From Clostridia bacterium (GTDB lineage: Bacteria > Bacillota > Clostridia > TANB77 > CAG-465): a DNA stretch of 64,000 bases. Under the pieces are notes generated by a model. That model was not told where the DNA came from. It saw only the letters and a list, made by a program, of their open reading frames with translations, and made no database searches. The position numbers and the translations under genes are program-made. Shown here piece after piece: positions 10,307 through 19,545 of the stretch (position 1 is its first letter; each line of letters begins with the position of its first letter). The DNA lies in the NCBI GenBank assembly GCA_017626395.1, contig JAGAIU010000075.1, positions 42,349 through 106,348 on the forward strand. Reading direction: 5' to 3'.

Positions 10307-11476
10307 CTAACTCATCATCTGTTTTTCAATATCAGCATCTACTATTTCTTCGCCTGATTTATCTTTAAGTTGTTCTTTTGAAGCTTTTGATAAACCATCA
10401 TTTACAACACAATTCATATCACATGTTGAACATTTGTCTAAATCTTCTTTTGAAACTTTTCCATCTCTGTAGTCACGAACTATCTTATTTTCATACATAC
10501 TATATTTTTTCTTAGTCCAAAATTTTAACTTATGACAAAGCACCCACAATACTGGTACCCATATGTATTTATGCATTGCTGGAGAAACCGAACCAATCAT
10601 CCAACAATCTCTGTCACAACAGCGAACTTTTGAGCGAACTTCTTCTGCTTGTTCTGAATTCCATAACTGGTCCCAAGTTTGAGTATTTAAATTTCCCATT
10701 ACTTCTTTATCCTTTGTTCCATTACATGGCATTACATCACCATATGGATCAATAAAGAAAGTATCAAACGACATATCACAAGGTAATAATCTTTTTTGAC
10801 CGTAAATATAATTGATTAATCCATGATTAAAATATGCTCTAAACCATTTTTTTGGTGATTTTGAATTTAGTAGTTTATTTACTAGATTTTCAAAATTTTG
10901 AGCAACCATTAATCTATCATGAATAACATTTTTGGCTTCAACAAAATAAAAGCTATTATGTAAAGACGCTGTAGCAAATTCCATTCCCATTTCATCGGAT
11001 AATTCATACAATGGTACTAAATCTGGTGCATTCTTATCTTGAACAGTCATACCAAACCCAACATCTTTCATACCCATTTCTCTTAATTTTTTTAGAGTAG
11101 TATAACCTCTATTATAACCATCTTTTAATCCACGAATTTCATTATTAGTTTTTTCTAATCCTTCAATAGAAATTCTGATACCTATATTAGGAAATTCCTC
11201 ACATAATTTTATAATTCTATCAGTAAAAAAACCATTTGTTGAAATAACTATACGATCTGATTTTTTATAAAGTTCTCTAACAATTTCAGAAAGATCCTCT
11301 CTTATGAATGGTTCTCCACCTGTGATGTTAGTAAAGTACATTTCTGGTAATTTTTTTATAGTTTCAATACTTATTTCTTCCTCTGGTTTAGATGGACATT
11401 TATATCTATTACACATTGTACATCTTGCATTACATCTATAAGTAACAATAACAGTTCCATTTAATTTTTTTGACAT
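10307..11476 (-). CDS. Radical SAM enzyme with a C-terminal SPASM-like cysteine-rich domain
   Basis: CNARCTMC (CxxxCxxC) lies near the N-terminus. A GGEP motif is present. C-terminal cysteine clusters (PCDMSF...PCNG, CCDRDC, CSTCDMNC) are present. Confidence 0.8.
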   Translation of the reverse strand: MSKKLNGTVIVTYRCNARCTMCNRYKCPSKPEEEISIETIKKLPEMYFTNITGGEPFIREDLSEIVRELYKKSDRIVISTNGFFTDRIIKLCEEFPNIGIRISIEGLEKTNNEIRGLKDGYNRGYTTLKKLREMGMKDVGFGMTVQDKNAPDLVPLYELSDEMGMEFATASLHNSFYFVEAKNVIHDRLMVAQNFENLVNKLLNSKSPKKWFRAYFNHGLINYIYGQKRLLPCDMSFDTFFIDPYGDVMPCNGTKDKEVMGNLNTQTWDQLWNSEQAEEVRSKVRCCDRDCWMIGSVSPAMHKYIWVPVLWVLCHKLKFWTKKKYSMYENKIVRDYRDGKVSKEDLDKCSTCDMNCVVNDGLSKASKEQLKDKSGEEIVDADIEKQMMS

Positions 11477-12618
11477 TTTTCTCTCTCCTTCTTATATATT
11501 TCAATTGTTTTATTAACAACATCATCCCAGTTATATTTTTCTAAAATATATTCTTGAGAATCTTTTTTATATTTATTGACAATATTTTCATCATTTAGTA
11601 AATATTGTAATTTATCTTTTAAATCATTTACATCAGATTTTTTAAATGTAATTCCTTTATCTTCCATTACAGTTTTACATTCTTCTATATCTGATGTTAA
11701 ACAACAATTTTTATAACTCATTGCTTCTAATAGGGATAAAGGCATTCCTTCAAGATCACTAGGTAATACATATATGTACGCATTACTATATAATTCTTCT
11801 AATTCCTCACCTTGAATAAATCCAGTAAATATTATATTTTTATATTTCTTACTTTTTTCTAGTAATTCTTGATAATAAGTACTAGTGTCGCTTGCTCCAC
11901 CAGCAATTACTAATTTCTTTTCTGTTTTAAGTTCTTTATAAGCATCTATTAAATAGTGAATTCCTTTTTCTGGAACAATTCTACCCAAAAACAAAATATA
12001 ATCATCTTTATTTAAGTTGTATTTTTCTTTAATTATTTTAGGCTCTTTTATTTCTGGTTTATTAACACCATTAGGAATAAATTTAGTTTCTCTGTTGTAT
12101 GTTTCTAAAAAATATTTTTTAACATTTTCACTTAGCACTATTATTTCATCTGCATATTTAGCTGCCATTTTTTCACCAAACTTAATGTATTTTGTAGCAA
12201 AACCACCCCATTTAGCTCTTTGCCAATCTAAGCCATGTATAGTTACTATTATTCTTTTTTTACTAAAGAATTTTATAATTGGTATCATAGCACTTGGTCC
12301 TTCTGCATGAAAATGAACTACATTATTTTTAGAAAATAGTATTTTTATACTTCCAAAAAAAGAAGATGTCATAGCTGCTAAACCTTTTTTATCTATTGTT
12401 AATACTTTTTTTAGTTTAACACCTTTATATTCTTTAAGTTCTTCTAATTTTTGTGTCTTATCTAATGCATGCTTTCCTGAACGATTATAACAAGTTATAT
12501 CTAAATCTTTTTTTACCATTCTTGTAGAAAGTTCTTCAACAACAATCTCAATACCGCCTTCTCTAGAAGGAATACGTTTTTGACCAATCATTGCAACTTT
12601 CATTTTATTATCTTCCAC
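11461..12618 (-). CDS. Family 4 (group 1) glycosyltransferase
   Basis: 385 aa. N-terminus KVAMIGQKRIPSREGGIEIVVEELSTRM and a C-terminal EGMPLSLLEAM motif are typical of GT4. Confidence 0.85.
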   Translation of the reverse strand: MEDNKMKVAMIGQKRIPSREGGIEIVVEELSTRMVKKDLDITCYNRSGKHALDKTQKLEELKEYKGVKLKKVLTIDKKGLAAMTSSFFGSIKILFSKNNVVHFHAEGPSAMIPIIKFFSKKRIIVTIHGLDWQRAKWGGFATKYIKFGEKMAAKYADEIIVLSENVKKYFLETYNRETKFIPNGVNKPEIKEPKIIKEKYNLNKDDYILFLGRIVPEKGIHYLIDAYKELKTEKKLVIAGGASDTSTYYQELLEKSKKYKNIIFTGFIQGEELEELYSNAYIYVLPSDLEGMPLSLLEAMSYKNCCLTSDIEECKTVMEDKGITFKKSDVNDLKDKLQYLLNDENIVNKYKKDSQEYILEKYNWDDVVNKTIEIYKKEREKCQKN

Positions 12619-13382
12619 TATTTCGCTCCATCCTTATTTAATACTACACCTACTGTTTTAGTAAGTAATCCCATATCATAGAAAAAGCTTTTGTTTTCAT
12701 TGTATTCCATATCAAACTCTAATCTCTCTTCAAATGTTGTATTAGATCTACCAGATACTTGCCATAAACCGGTTATACCAGGTTTAGATTCAATTATTGT
12801 ATCATAGTAGTTTCCCATATCATCCATTTCTCTAGGTAAATATGGTCTAGGTCCTACTAGAGACATATCTCCTTTAAGTACATTTATTAATTGAGGTAAT
12901 TCATCTATACTAGTTCTTCTTAAGAATTCTCCAAGCTTTGTTATTCTAGGATCATTTTTAAGTTTTTTATTTATTCTATATTCTTCTCTAGCTTCTTCAT
13001 CTCTTTCAAGTAATTCGAAAAGTTTTTTATCTGCATCAGGTACCATTGTTCTAAATTTATATATATCAAATAATTTACCATCTTTACCTATTCTTTGTTG
13101 TGTAAACATAGCAGGTCCATCAGAGTCTTTTCTTATAGCTAAACTAGTAACTAAGAATATAGGAGATAAAACTAATAATGCTGCAGCTGATGCAGTAACA
13201 TCTACTGTTCTTTTTAAGAAAGAATAAGTCATTTCATTAAATGTTTTTCTTTCTGGATTCTTTAGTACTTTTGTATTTTCATTAAATTTAATAATTTCTG
13301 TTTTTTCTTCTGTTTCTGGAACTCTTGCACTTGTTTTAAAACTTAGTAATTTGTAATCTTTTGCTTCACTAGAATGTGACAT
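12618..13382 (-). CDS. Initiating sugar transferase (undecaprenyl-phosphate hexose-1-phosphate transferase, WbaP/CpsE family)
   Basis: C-terminal motifs FDIYKFRTM and DELPQLINVLKGDMSLVGPRP identify the bacterial sugar transferase family. It is the first gene of the operon, with RBS GGGGGAG. Confidence 0.85.
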   Translation of the reverse strand: MSHSSEAKDYKLLSFKTSARVPETEEKTEIIKFNENTKVLKNPERKTFNEMTYSFLKRTVDVTASAAALLVLSPIFLVTSLAIRKDSDGPAMFTQQRIGKDGKLFDIYKFRTMVPDADKKLFELLERDEEAREEYRINKKLKNDPRITKLGEFLRRTSIDELPQLINVLKGDMSLVGPRPYLPREMDDMGNYYDTIIESKPGITGLWQVSGRSNTTFEERLEFDMEYNENKSFFYDMGLLTKTVGVVLNKDGAK

Positions 13383-13530
13383 TTTTTACTCCCCCATTTT
13401 CTGATTTTCATTTTTCTTTCGTTATTAAAAATATATGTTTTAAGAATTAAATAATAAACTATGTTTTACTACATTTTACTATTCAAAAGAGCATAAAAAA
13501 CACAGATAGATCAAACCACCTTTTTTGTAC

Positions 13531-13558
13531 AAAAAAATGTGAGACTTCCTCTCTCACA
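13531..13558 (-). terminator. Intrinsic terminator inside the capsule-operon leader
   Basis: The minus strand reads TGTGAGAgaggaagTCTCACA followed by TTTTTTT. It overlaps the 16-bp palindrome TTTTTTGTACAAAAAA (13521-13536). Confidence 0.5.
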
Positions 13559-13829
13559 AAACATTGTACATTTTAATACTTATATTTACCTTGTGTTTTT
13601 CTTATCTGTTTCCTCTTGTTTATAACTTATCACATGTTGTAGTATCGATTGCATTCCTCTAGTGTTAAGTGCTTGTCCCCGTCTTGACTAGAAAATATAA
13701 ATACGATTGTTTCATAGCAAAGTTTGTGTTTGCTTATTTGTTTATTACAATATTTTGAACAGTATTTGTTACTCCGATTAACATATTTATTATTTATGTA
13801 TTCTCAATTATATACTTTCGACGGATTTC

Positions 13830-13858
13830 ATTATACCACTATTGTAAGAAATAGTCAA
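13830..13858 (-). promoter_or_regulatory. Sigma-A promoter of the capsule operon (TTGACT-17-TATAAT with extended -10 TGg)
   Basis: The minus strand reads TTGACTatttcttacaatagtggTATAAT. The predicted transcription start is about 440 nt upstream of the first gene. Confidence 0.55.
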
Positions 13859-13964
13859 TTATTTTGAACATATTTTGTTGTTTTTTGAGTATTTTTTATG
13901 TAATTTGTATAGTGAATTTTGGTAATTGAAAAGAGAAGTAGATTATTTTCTACTTCTCTTTAGG

Positions 13965-14654
13965 TTAATACGTATAATATAGCGAATCATTTTCCTGTTT
14001 TCTATATAGTTTTACTAGTTTATTTTGCAACTTCTCTAATGATTTAGCATAACGTGTTAGTTTTCTTGAATCCGATGTTGATAACTCTTTTTTAGACTTG
14101 TATCTTATTTCATGTTCCATTTCAGACCAGAAGTCCATTGCTACAGTTCTAATTTGTATTTCAACTTTAATTATTACTGTTTCACTATTGATAGTAACTG
14201 GTGTTTCTGCAATCATATGATACGCTGAATATCCACTCTTTTTAGGATGTTTAATATAATCCTTTTCTTCTATTACTTTTAGACTCGGTATCATACCAAT
14301 TATTTCTTTAATATTTAACACATCTTCTCTAATTGGACAGATTATTCTAATACCAGCAATGTCATCCACATTATCCACAAGATTTTTATATGTAATATCA
14401 TAACCTTTTTTAATCATTTTATTTATTATACTTGTTTTAGACTTTACCCTACTTGTAACTCTCTCTATTATTGGATAACCTGAAACCTCATTTATTCTAT
14501 CTTTTAATATTTTTATACTATTTACTACTTGATTCATTGCTATTTCATATATCTTTAGCAGATCATTATACTGCTTACTCTCTATATCTATTTCTTCATC
14601 TTCTGTTCTATTTATTTGATTATTTTGAACAACTAAACCTAGTCTTGGAATCAC
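13965..14654 (-). CDS. relQ: Small alarmone synthetase (RelQ/RelP-type GTP pyrophosphokinase)
   Basis: 229 aa. Motifs RVKSKTSIINKMIKKG, DIAGIRIICPI, YSAYHMI and EIQIRTVAMDFWSEMEH match the YjbM/YwaC synthetase domain. Confidence 0.8.
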   Translation of the reverse strand: MIPRLGLVVQNNQINRTEDEEIDIESKQYNDLLKIYEIAMNQVVNSIKILKDRINEVSGYPIIERVTSRVKSKTSIINKMIKKGYDITYKNLVDNVDDIAGIRIICPIREDVLNIKEIIGMIPSLKVIEEKDYIKHPKKSGYSAYHMIAETPVTINSETVIIKVEIQIRTVAMDFWSEMEHEIRYKSKKELSTSDSRKLTRYAKSLEKLQNKLVKLYRKQENDSLYYTY

Positions 14655-14800
14655 CTCCCTCTCCCATATATTATTGTATCATATAACTAAATATACTTAT
14701 ACGTTTTTATTGTGAATTTTTTTGGAAAATATTTCACAATTTCGCGATTTACTAAAGTTTGAATATATGATATAATTTTTTGTATCATTGGAGGGGTTAT

Positions 14801-15454
14801 ATGCAATATTTATTCTTAGATGAATCTGGTAATTTACACAAGAATAGTCCAGATAGATATTTCGTAATTGGTGGAGTATTTACTAACAATTATGCAGATA
14901 TAAAGAAATCATATGTTGAAATTAATCGTGAGCTTAAAGATAAGCTTAATATGGATTTTGAAACAGAACTAAAAGCTGCATATCTTAATATGGAAGAAAA
15001 AATGGATATAGTAGTTAAATTACAAGAAATGGATGGTATGTATATAGTTGGTATTATAGTAGATAAGTTTAAAATTGGTATTGAAATTGACCAAATACAT
15101 TTATACTATAACTATATAATTGGAAAATTATTAGATTATCTTGTAAAGATTAAATTAATTAATACTTCAGCAGGACAAAAGCTATTTATAAATATAGACA
15201 AAAGTTCTATGAAAATTGAAGATATTAACTCTTTAGAAATGTATTTAAAAATTCATTTTAATATTGAAAATAAAATGAAATTCTTGTTAGATGTTTCATA
15301 CTGGGATTCAAGTAAAAACTATATGATCCAAGTAGCAGATATAATGTGCAACACAATTTGGAATGTATGTCAATCTCCAAATCCAATGAGAGTATTTAAT
15401 TCACTAAATAAAAAGCATAGATTAAGAATTCATAAATTCGGTAAAAAAGTATAG
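14801..15454 (+). CDS. DUF3800-like protein
   Basis: Start at MQYLFLDESGN, the typical DUF3800 N-terminus, preceded by RBS GGAGGGG. Track ORF 14780 uses an earlier Met. Confidence 0.55.
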   Translation: MQYLFLDESGNLHKNSPDRYFVIGGVFTNNYADIKKSYVEINRELKDKLNMDFETELKAAYLNMEEKMDIVVKLQEMDGMYIVGIIVDKFKIGIEIDQIHLYYNYIIGKLLDYLVKIKLINTSAGQKLFINIDKSSMKIEDINSLEMYLKIHFNIENKMKFLLDVSYWDSSKNYMIQVADIMCNTIWNVCQSPNPMRVFNSLNKKHRLRIHKFGKKV

Positions 15455-15471
15455 CAATTAAGGGGGCAATT

Positions 15472-16128
15472 ATGAAAAAAGTAACAGTAATCGTAACAAT
15501 TTTTGTATTTGTAACATTAGGATTATTTCTAGGATACAGATACACAAAAAAGGCATCATCAAATTCAAATGATATAGTTGCTGAAAATAACAATAACAAA
15601 ATGGAAAACATGGATAACTCAAATAAAAATACTGATAATAGTATTCCTGTAGATAACACTGATGTTGAAACTAAAGATAAAAAATCAGATAAAATTATTA
15701 TTTTTGTAGGTATGGAAGATAATTTTAAAGAGTTTGAATTTAAAATGGCAGATAATTTAAGTGAACAACAACAAGCTGACACTTTAATTAATGAAATAGG
15801 TAGAATAATTGGATATAAATTACTAGTTAATGATATAGCTAAAGGTAAAGATGGAATTACAATTAATTTTAATTCTAACTCAGCACCATTTAATACAATA
15901 GATTCATATGTTGGTAAAGAAGAATATGTAATAGCAGATTATTCAACAATAGTTTATACTATTTTTGATAGTATAGATAAAACATTAAAAGAATATTTTG
16001 GTGCATCATATGGTATATGGTTTACTCTAGAAGATGGTGAAATAACAATTAAAGACGTTATTCCTACACTATATCTATCTTTTAGCGAACCATATCAAGG
16101 AAGTTCACATTATTTAGATAAAGAATAA
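15472..16128 (+). CDS. Hypothetical membrane-anchored protein
   Basis: 218 aa. It has an N-terminal signal/anchor helix, an Asn/Asp-rich linker and a globular C-terminal domain. It is probably co-transcribed with the DUF3800 gene, and a bidirectional terminator follows at 16163-16190. Confidence 0.5.
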   Translation: MKKVTVIVTIFVFVTLGLFLGYRYTKKASSNSNDIVAENNNNKMENMDNSNKNTDNSIPVDNTDVETKDKKSDKIIIFVGMEDNFKEFEFKMADNLSEQQQADTLINEIGRIIGYKLLVNDIAKGKDGITINFNSNSAPFNTIDSYVGKEEYVIADYSTIVYTIFDSIDKTLKEYFGASYGIWFTLEDGEITIKDVIPTLYLSFSEPYQGSSHYLDKE

Positions 16129-16206
16129 TACAAGTATTAGAAAAGAAATTATAAAAACTCACCTTAATGGTGAGTTTTTATTGTTTTATTATAATTTTTG
16201 TTTATA

Positions 16207-17178
16207 TTATTTCTTTATAATCTTCCATCTTCCTGTTTTATTAGAACCTTCTCTTTTAATTATATTTTTATCTTTTAAAACTTTCATATTATAAGAAATA
16301 CCATCTCTTGTTAAATTTAATTTTTCTGCAATTTCATTTTGAGTAATATCTGGATTCGATTTTATTAAATTTATAATTTTTTCTTGTGCAGTTTCTTTAG
16401 ATGAATTTTGCTCTACTATTATTTTATTTATAGTTTCATAAATCATTTTTAGCATAAACTCTATAAATTCAGTAGATTCACCTTCACTATTACAATTAGC
16501 AATAGCTGTATAATAATCATCTTGATATTGTTTTATTAAACTTTCAATAGGTAAATATTCAAAAATTCTTTTCCATTTAGATAATAAAGCTGATTGCCAA
16601 AGCCTAGCCATTCTGCCATTGCCATCAGAGAATGGATGTATAAATAAAAATTCATAATGAAATACAGATGAAAGTATTAATGGATGTACTACATCTCTAT
16701 TTTCTGCCATCCAAGCAAACAAATTTTCCATTAATTCTGGTACAAGCTTTTCAGATGGTGCGACAAATATACATTTATCTCCATCATAAACACCCTCGCC
16801 ATGATTTCTAAATCTTCCACTTTCTTCTACTGTCAGAAACGTCATTATTCCATGAACCATTTTTAAATCGTCAATGGAATACGGATTTATTTGTGAAATT
16901 TTATTATAAGCTTCGTATGCATTTTTAACTTCTTGAATATCTGTTTTATCTCCAATTACCATACGTCCATTTATAACATCTTCAACTTGAAAAAAAGATA
17001 ACTGATTATTTTCAATTGCTAAAGAAGAATGAATAGAATTAATTCTATTTTGTTTTCTCAACTCTGGCATTCTATTTAAATTTATATAACTGTTTATTTC
17101 TCCAATTTTTTCCATTATTTTTGAAACATAATCTAGTATCTTATCTGTTATTTTATATGGTGGTATATATTTTTCCAT
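16207..17178 (-). CDS. fic: Fic family protein (AMPylator/Doc-like) with a C-terminal winged-helix domain
   Basis: Canonical Fic motif HPFSDGNGRMARL. The C-terminus (NEIAEKLNLTRDGISYNMKVLKDKNIIKR) is HTH-like. Confidence 0.9.
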   Translation of the reverse strand: MEKYIPPYKITDKILDYVSKIMEKIGEINSYINLNRMPELRKQNRINSIHSSLAIENNQLSFFQVEDVINGRMVIGDKTDIQEVKNAYEAYNKISQINPYSIDDLKMVHGIMTFLTVEESGRFRNHGEGVYDGDKCIFVAPSEKLVPELMENLFAWMAENRDVVHPLILSSVFHYEFLFIHPFSDGNGRMARLWQSALLSKWKRIFEYLPIESLIKQYQDDYYTAIANCNSEGESTEFIEFMLKMIYETINKIIVEQNSSKETAQEKIINLIKSNPDITQNEIAEKLNLTRDGISYNMKVLKDKNIIKREGSNKTGRWKIIKK

Positions 17179-17237
17179 TATTTTCCTCCATTCTTTCTAT
17201 ACCTATATTATACTACATTTCACACACTATATCAATA

Positions 17238-17273
17238 TTTATTGTGTAGTTTATTGTGTAGTTTATTGTGTAG
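17238..17273. repeat. Three perfect tandem copies of the 12-bp unit TTTATTGTGTAG in the fic upstream region
   Basis: Read directly from the sequence, 60-95 nt upstream of the fic start codon. Confidence 0.8.
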
Positions 17274-17385
17274 TATTTTAAATATAAATCTCATTTTAAT
17301 ATCTATTATTTTCTATAGTTAAATTTATTATAACAAAAAAATCTCCTCATTTTTATGAAGAGACTTTTTTTATTATAAATTTATA

Positions 17386-19224
17386 TTATCTAGTTCCGCC
17401 GCCTCTGCTGCTTCCACCAGAGCTACGTCCGCCACCTCTACTGCTGCGACCACCGCCTCCACTACTACGACTTCTACTACCACTACTGCTTCCGCTACTT
17501 GCATGTGCTGCACGATATGCTCTTTCCGCTGCATATACACCATTATGTGATATTATTCTTATGCATGAGTTAATTTCATTTATTTCTAAATCTTCAATAA
17601 AGCTAAAGTCTGGATATAGCTTTTTAAATTCATCCTCTACTTTATCTGCAATTCCAAGTATTTGAGCAAATATTAAATATTCTTCCCATAACATTACTTC
17701 AATTGCTTGTCTTTCGTGTATTAAACTATAGTCTGATAAATATTTTCTAAGACCATATAGATTAATAGCATCTTGTTTAACTTCTGGATTTACAAAGTTT
17801 TGTTTTATTATTTTATTTCCAAATATAGATTTTACTTGTGTTTCTCTTTCTACAATTGCACCTTCTGCTACATATTCTTTAATAGCTTGTGTTGTAGCAT
17901 ATTCAAACCAATTATCTATTTTTCTATAGTTAGCATAGCACCATTTTTCAAATTCTTTAGATTCCAGTATTTCATTAGCACCTGCTGCTTCTCTTAACAT
18001 ATATATTAATTTTTCTTCTACTAAATCATCTGATGGCATAAGCATTGTTATATCTAATGCAAACTCATTTCTACCAAAATCTAAAATTCCACCTTTTGTT
18101 TTTACTATAGTTACTCTTTTATCTTTTATCCATCTTAAGAATATAGCACCCATAAGTCCTGATCTAGAGTCATTTCTTTTTACTGTAGATATATAGTTAT
18201 CTACTAAGAAATATCCTTTATATATACTTCCATCACATGGTATATCTCTATAATAATTTATATCTCTTTGGTTAGGTAATACTCTGCCTTTGGTTCCAAA
18301 GTTTAAAGAACCTTCTTTAGGTTTAGCTGCTTCATATAGCACAAAACCAAATATAGCTACTACAAATAACGGACCAGTTGCAAATGATATCATCATGAAG
18401 AAAACAGTTCCGAACATCTTAGGTATTATCCCTAACATTTCTCCAATACCTACATTTTTATCTTCATTATCTATATCTTCATCTAAATTATAATCTGAAC
18501 CTTGCATAGCTTCTAATTGAAGACTAGAGAAAACTTTATTTAGTTCTACAGTTGGACTAAATATATTTTCTTCAAATTTAACTAATGCTACCATATATTC
18601 AGAAGGATATAATCTTCCGTCTGAATCCATAACTATATTACTATTTTCAAAGTTAATTTCTCCATCATATCCATAAGCCCATATTTTAGCGTTTTCTTCC
18701 GTAAATTCAGTATCTGAATCTATAGTAATTTTAACACTTTTAGGTGATGGATTCATATCTTCTGGCATAAAGCTAAAATATATAGTTTGAGCATCATTTA
18801 ATTGTTGAACCAGTCCTTCAATATCATATTCTAGAGTATATGTTTTATCCCCATATTGGCTCATTCCCCAACATAGTTCTACTCCATTATATGTAGTAAG
18901 GATTCCACATTTATATGCTTTTGAACTAAAACTAGCTTTTGTATTCCAATTATGTATTGTTTCATATACTTTTCCTGTTTCATCTTTTACAGAGAAATTT
19001 TTAATTTTATAGTTTTTTAAGTTTCCATATGGTTTATATGCTTCTGTACCTTCATTTAAATTCATATCCCATACTTCTGTAACATGGCCACTACCATCTT
19101 TATTTAGAAATATATCCATAGTTATGCTATTTATTGTATTAGCGTCTACGTAAATATTTGAAGTAAAGAAAGCAATAGTTAAAAATACAGAAATAAAAAC
19201 TATCTTTTTTAATACTTTTTTCAT
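17386..19224 (-). CDS. DUF2207 family membrane protein with a C-terminal Gly/Ser/Arg-rich tail
   Basis: 612 aa. It has a signal peptide, a large extracellular domain, two internal transmembrane helices and a C-terminal (SSGGGGRSS) low-complexity tail. Confidence 0.7.
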   Translation of the reverse strand: MKKVLKKIVFISVFLTIAFFTSNIYVDANTINSITMDIFLNKDGSGHVTEVWDMNLNEGTEAYKPYGNLKNYKIKNFSVKDETGKVYETIHNWNTKASFSSKAYKCGILTTYNGVELCWGMSQYGDKTYTLEYDIEGLVQQLNDAQTIYFSFMPEDMNPSPKSVKITIDSDTEFTEENAKIWAYGYDGEINFENSNIVMDSDGRLYPSEYMVALVKFEENIFSPTVELNKVFSSLQLEAMQGSDYNLDEDIDNEDKNVGIGEMLGIIPKMFGTVFFMMISFATGPLFVVAIFGFVLYEAAKPKEGSLNFGTKGRVLPNQRDINYYRDIPCDGSIYKGYFLVDNYISTVKRNDSRSGLMGAIFLRWIKDKRVTIVKTKGGILDFGRNEFALDITMLMPSDDLVEEKLIYMLREAAGANEILESKEFEKWCYANYRKIDNWFEYATTQAIKEYVAEGAIVERETQVKSIFGNKIIKQNFVNPEVKQDAINLYGLRKYLSDYSLIHERQAIEVMLWEEYLIFAQILGIADKVEDEFKKLYPDFSFIEDLEINEINSCIRIISHNGVYAAERAYRAAHASSGSSSGSRSRSSGGGGRSSRGGGRSSGGSSRGGGTR

Positions 19225-19337
19225 ATATCTACCCTTTCTTAATTTTATACATATATTTTATATCATTTTTAAAGAATATAAAATAGTATTGTATTTTTTG
19301 CATAAAAAAAGAACATATACGTTTAAGTATATATTCT

Positions 19338-19508
19338 TTAAAATTCATCAGGATATGGTATTCTATCTTCATTATACATTTTATCTGCTATATTTACCAT
19401 TTTTTCTATTGTCTCTTTAGAATATCCTTTTGCTTCTAATTTTTTTATAAATTCTTTTCTTACAACATCAATTCTGAAATATTCATCCATAGAAATTATA
19501 TCCTTCAT
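19338..19508 (-). CDS. Small hypothetical protein (56 aa)
   Basis: MKDIISMDEYFRIDVVRKEFIKKLEAKGYSKETIEKMVNIADKMYNEDRIPYPDEF. RBS AGAGGGAAAAAT precedes the ATG. It is below the ORF-track size cutoff. Confidence 0.4.
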   Translation of the reverse strand: MKDIISMDEYFRIDVVRKEFIKKLEAKGYSKETIEKMVNIADKMYNEDRIPYPDEF

Positions 19509-19545
19509 ATTTTTCCCTCTATTACAATATTTATTTCTCTTTATA

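Noticed and set aside
13383-13830. Possible c-di-GMP-I (GEMM) riboswitch in the cps leader
   Set aside because: The GGCAAACC / GGGACGCAAAGCC cores are not present. Only a weak GGGGACAAGCAC resemblance exists. I report the region as an unidentified regulatory leader instead.
14654-14686. Track start MIPRLGLVV... for relQ and MYHWRGYMQY for the DUF3800 gene
   Set aside because: Both are kept as genes. For the DUF3800 gene the downstream Met with a GGAGGGG RBS is the better start. The relQ start is left as in the track.
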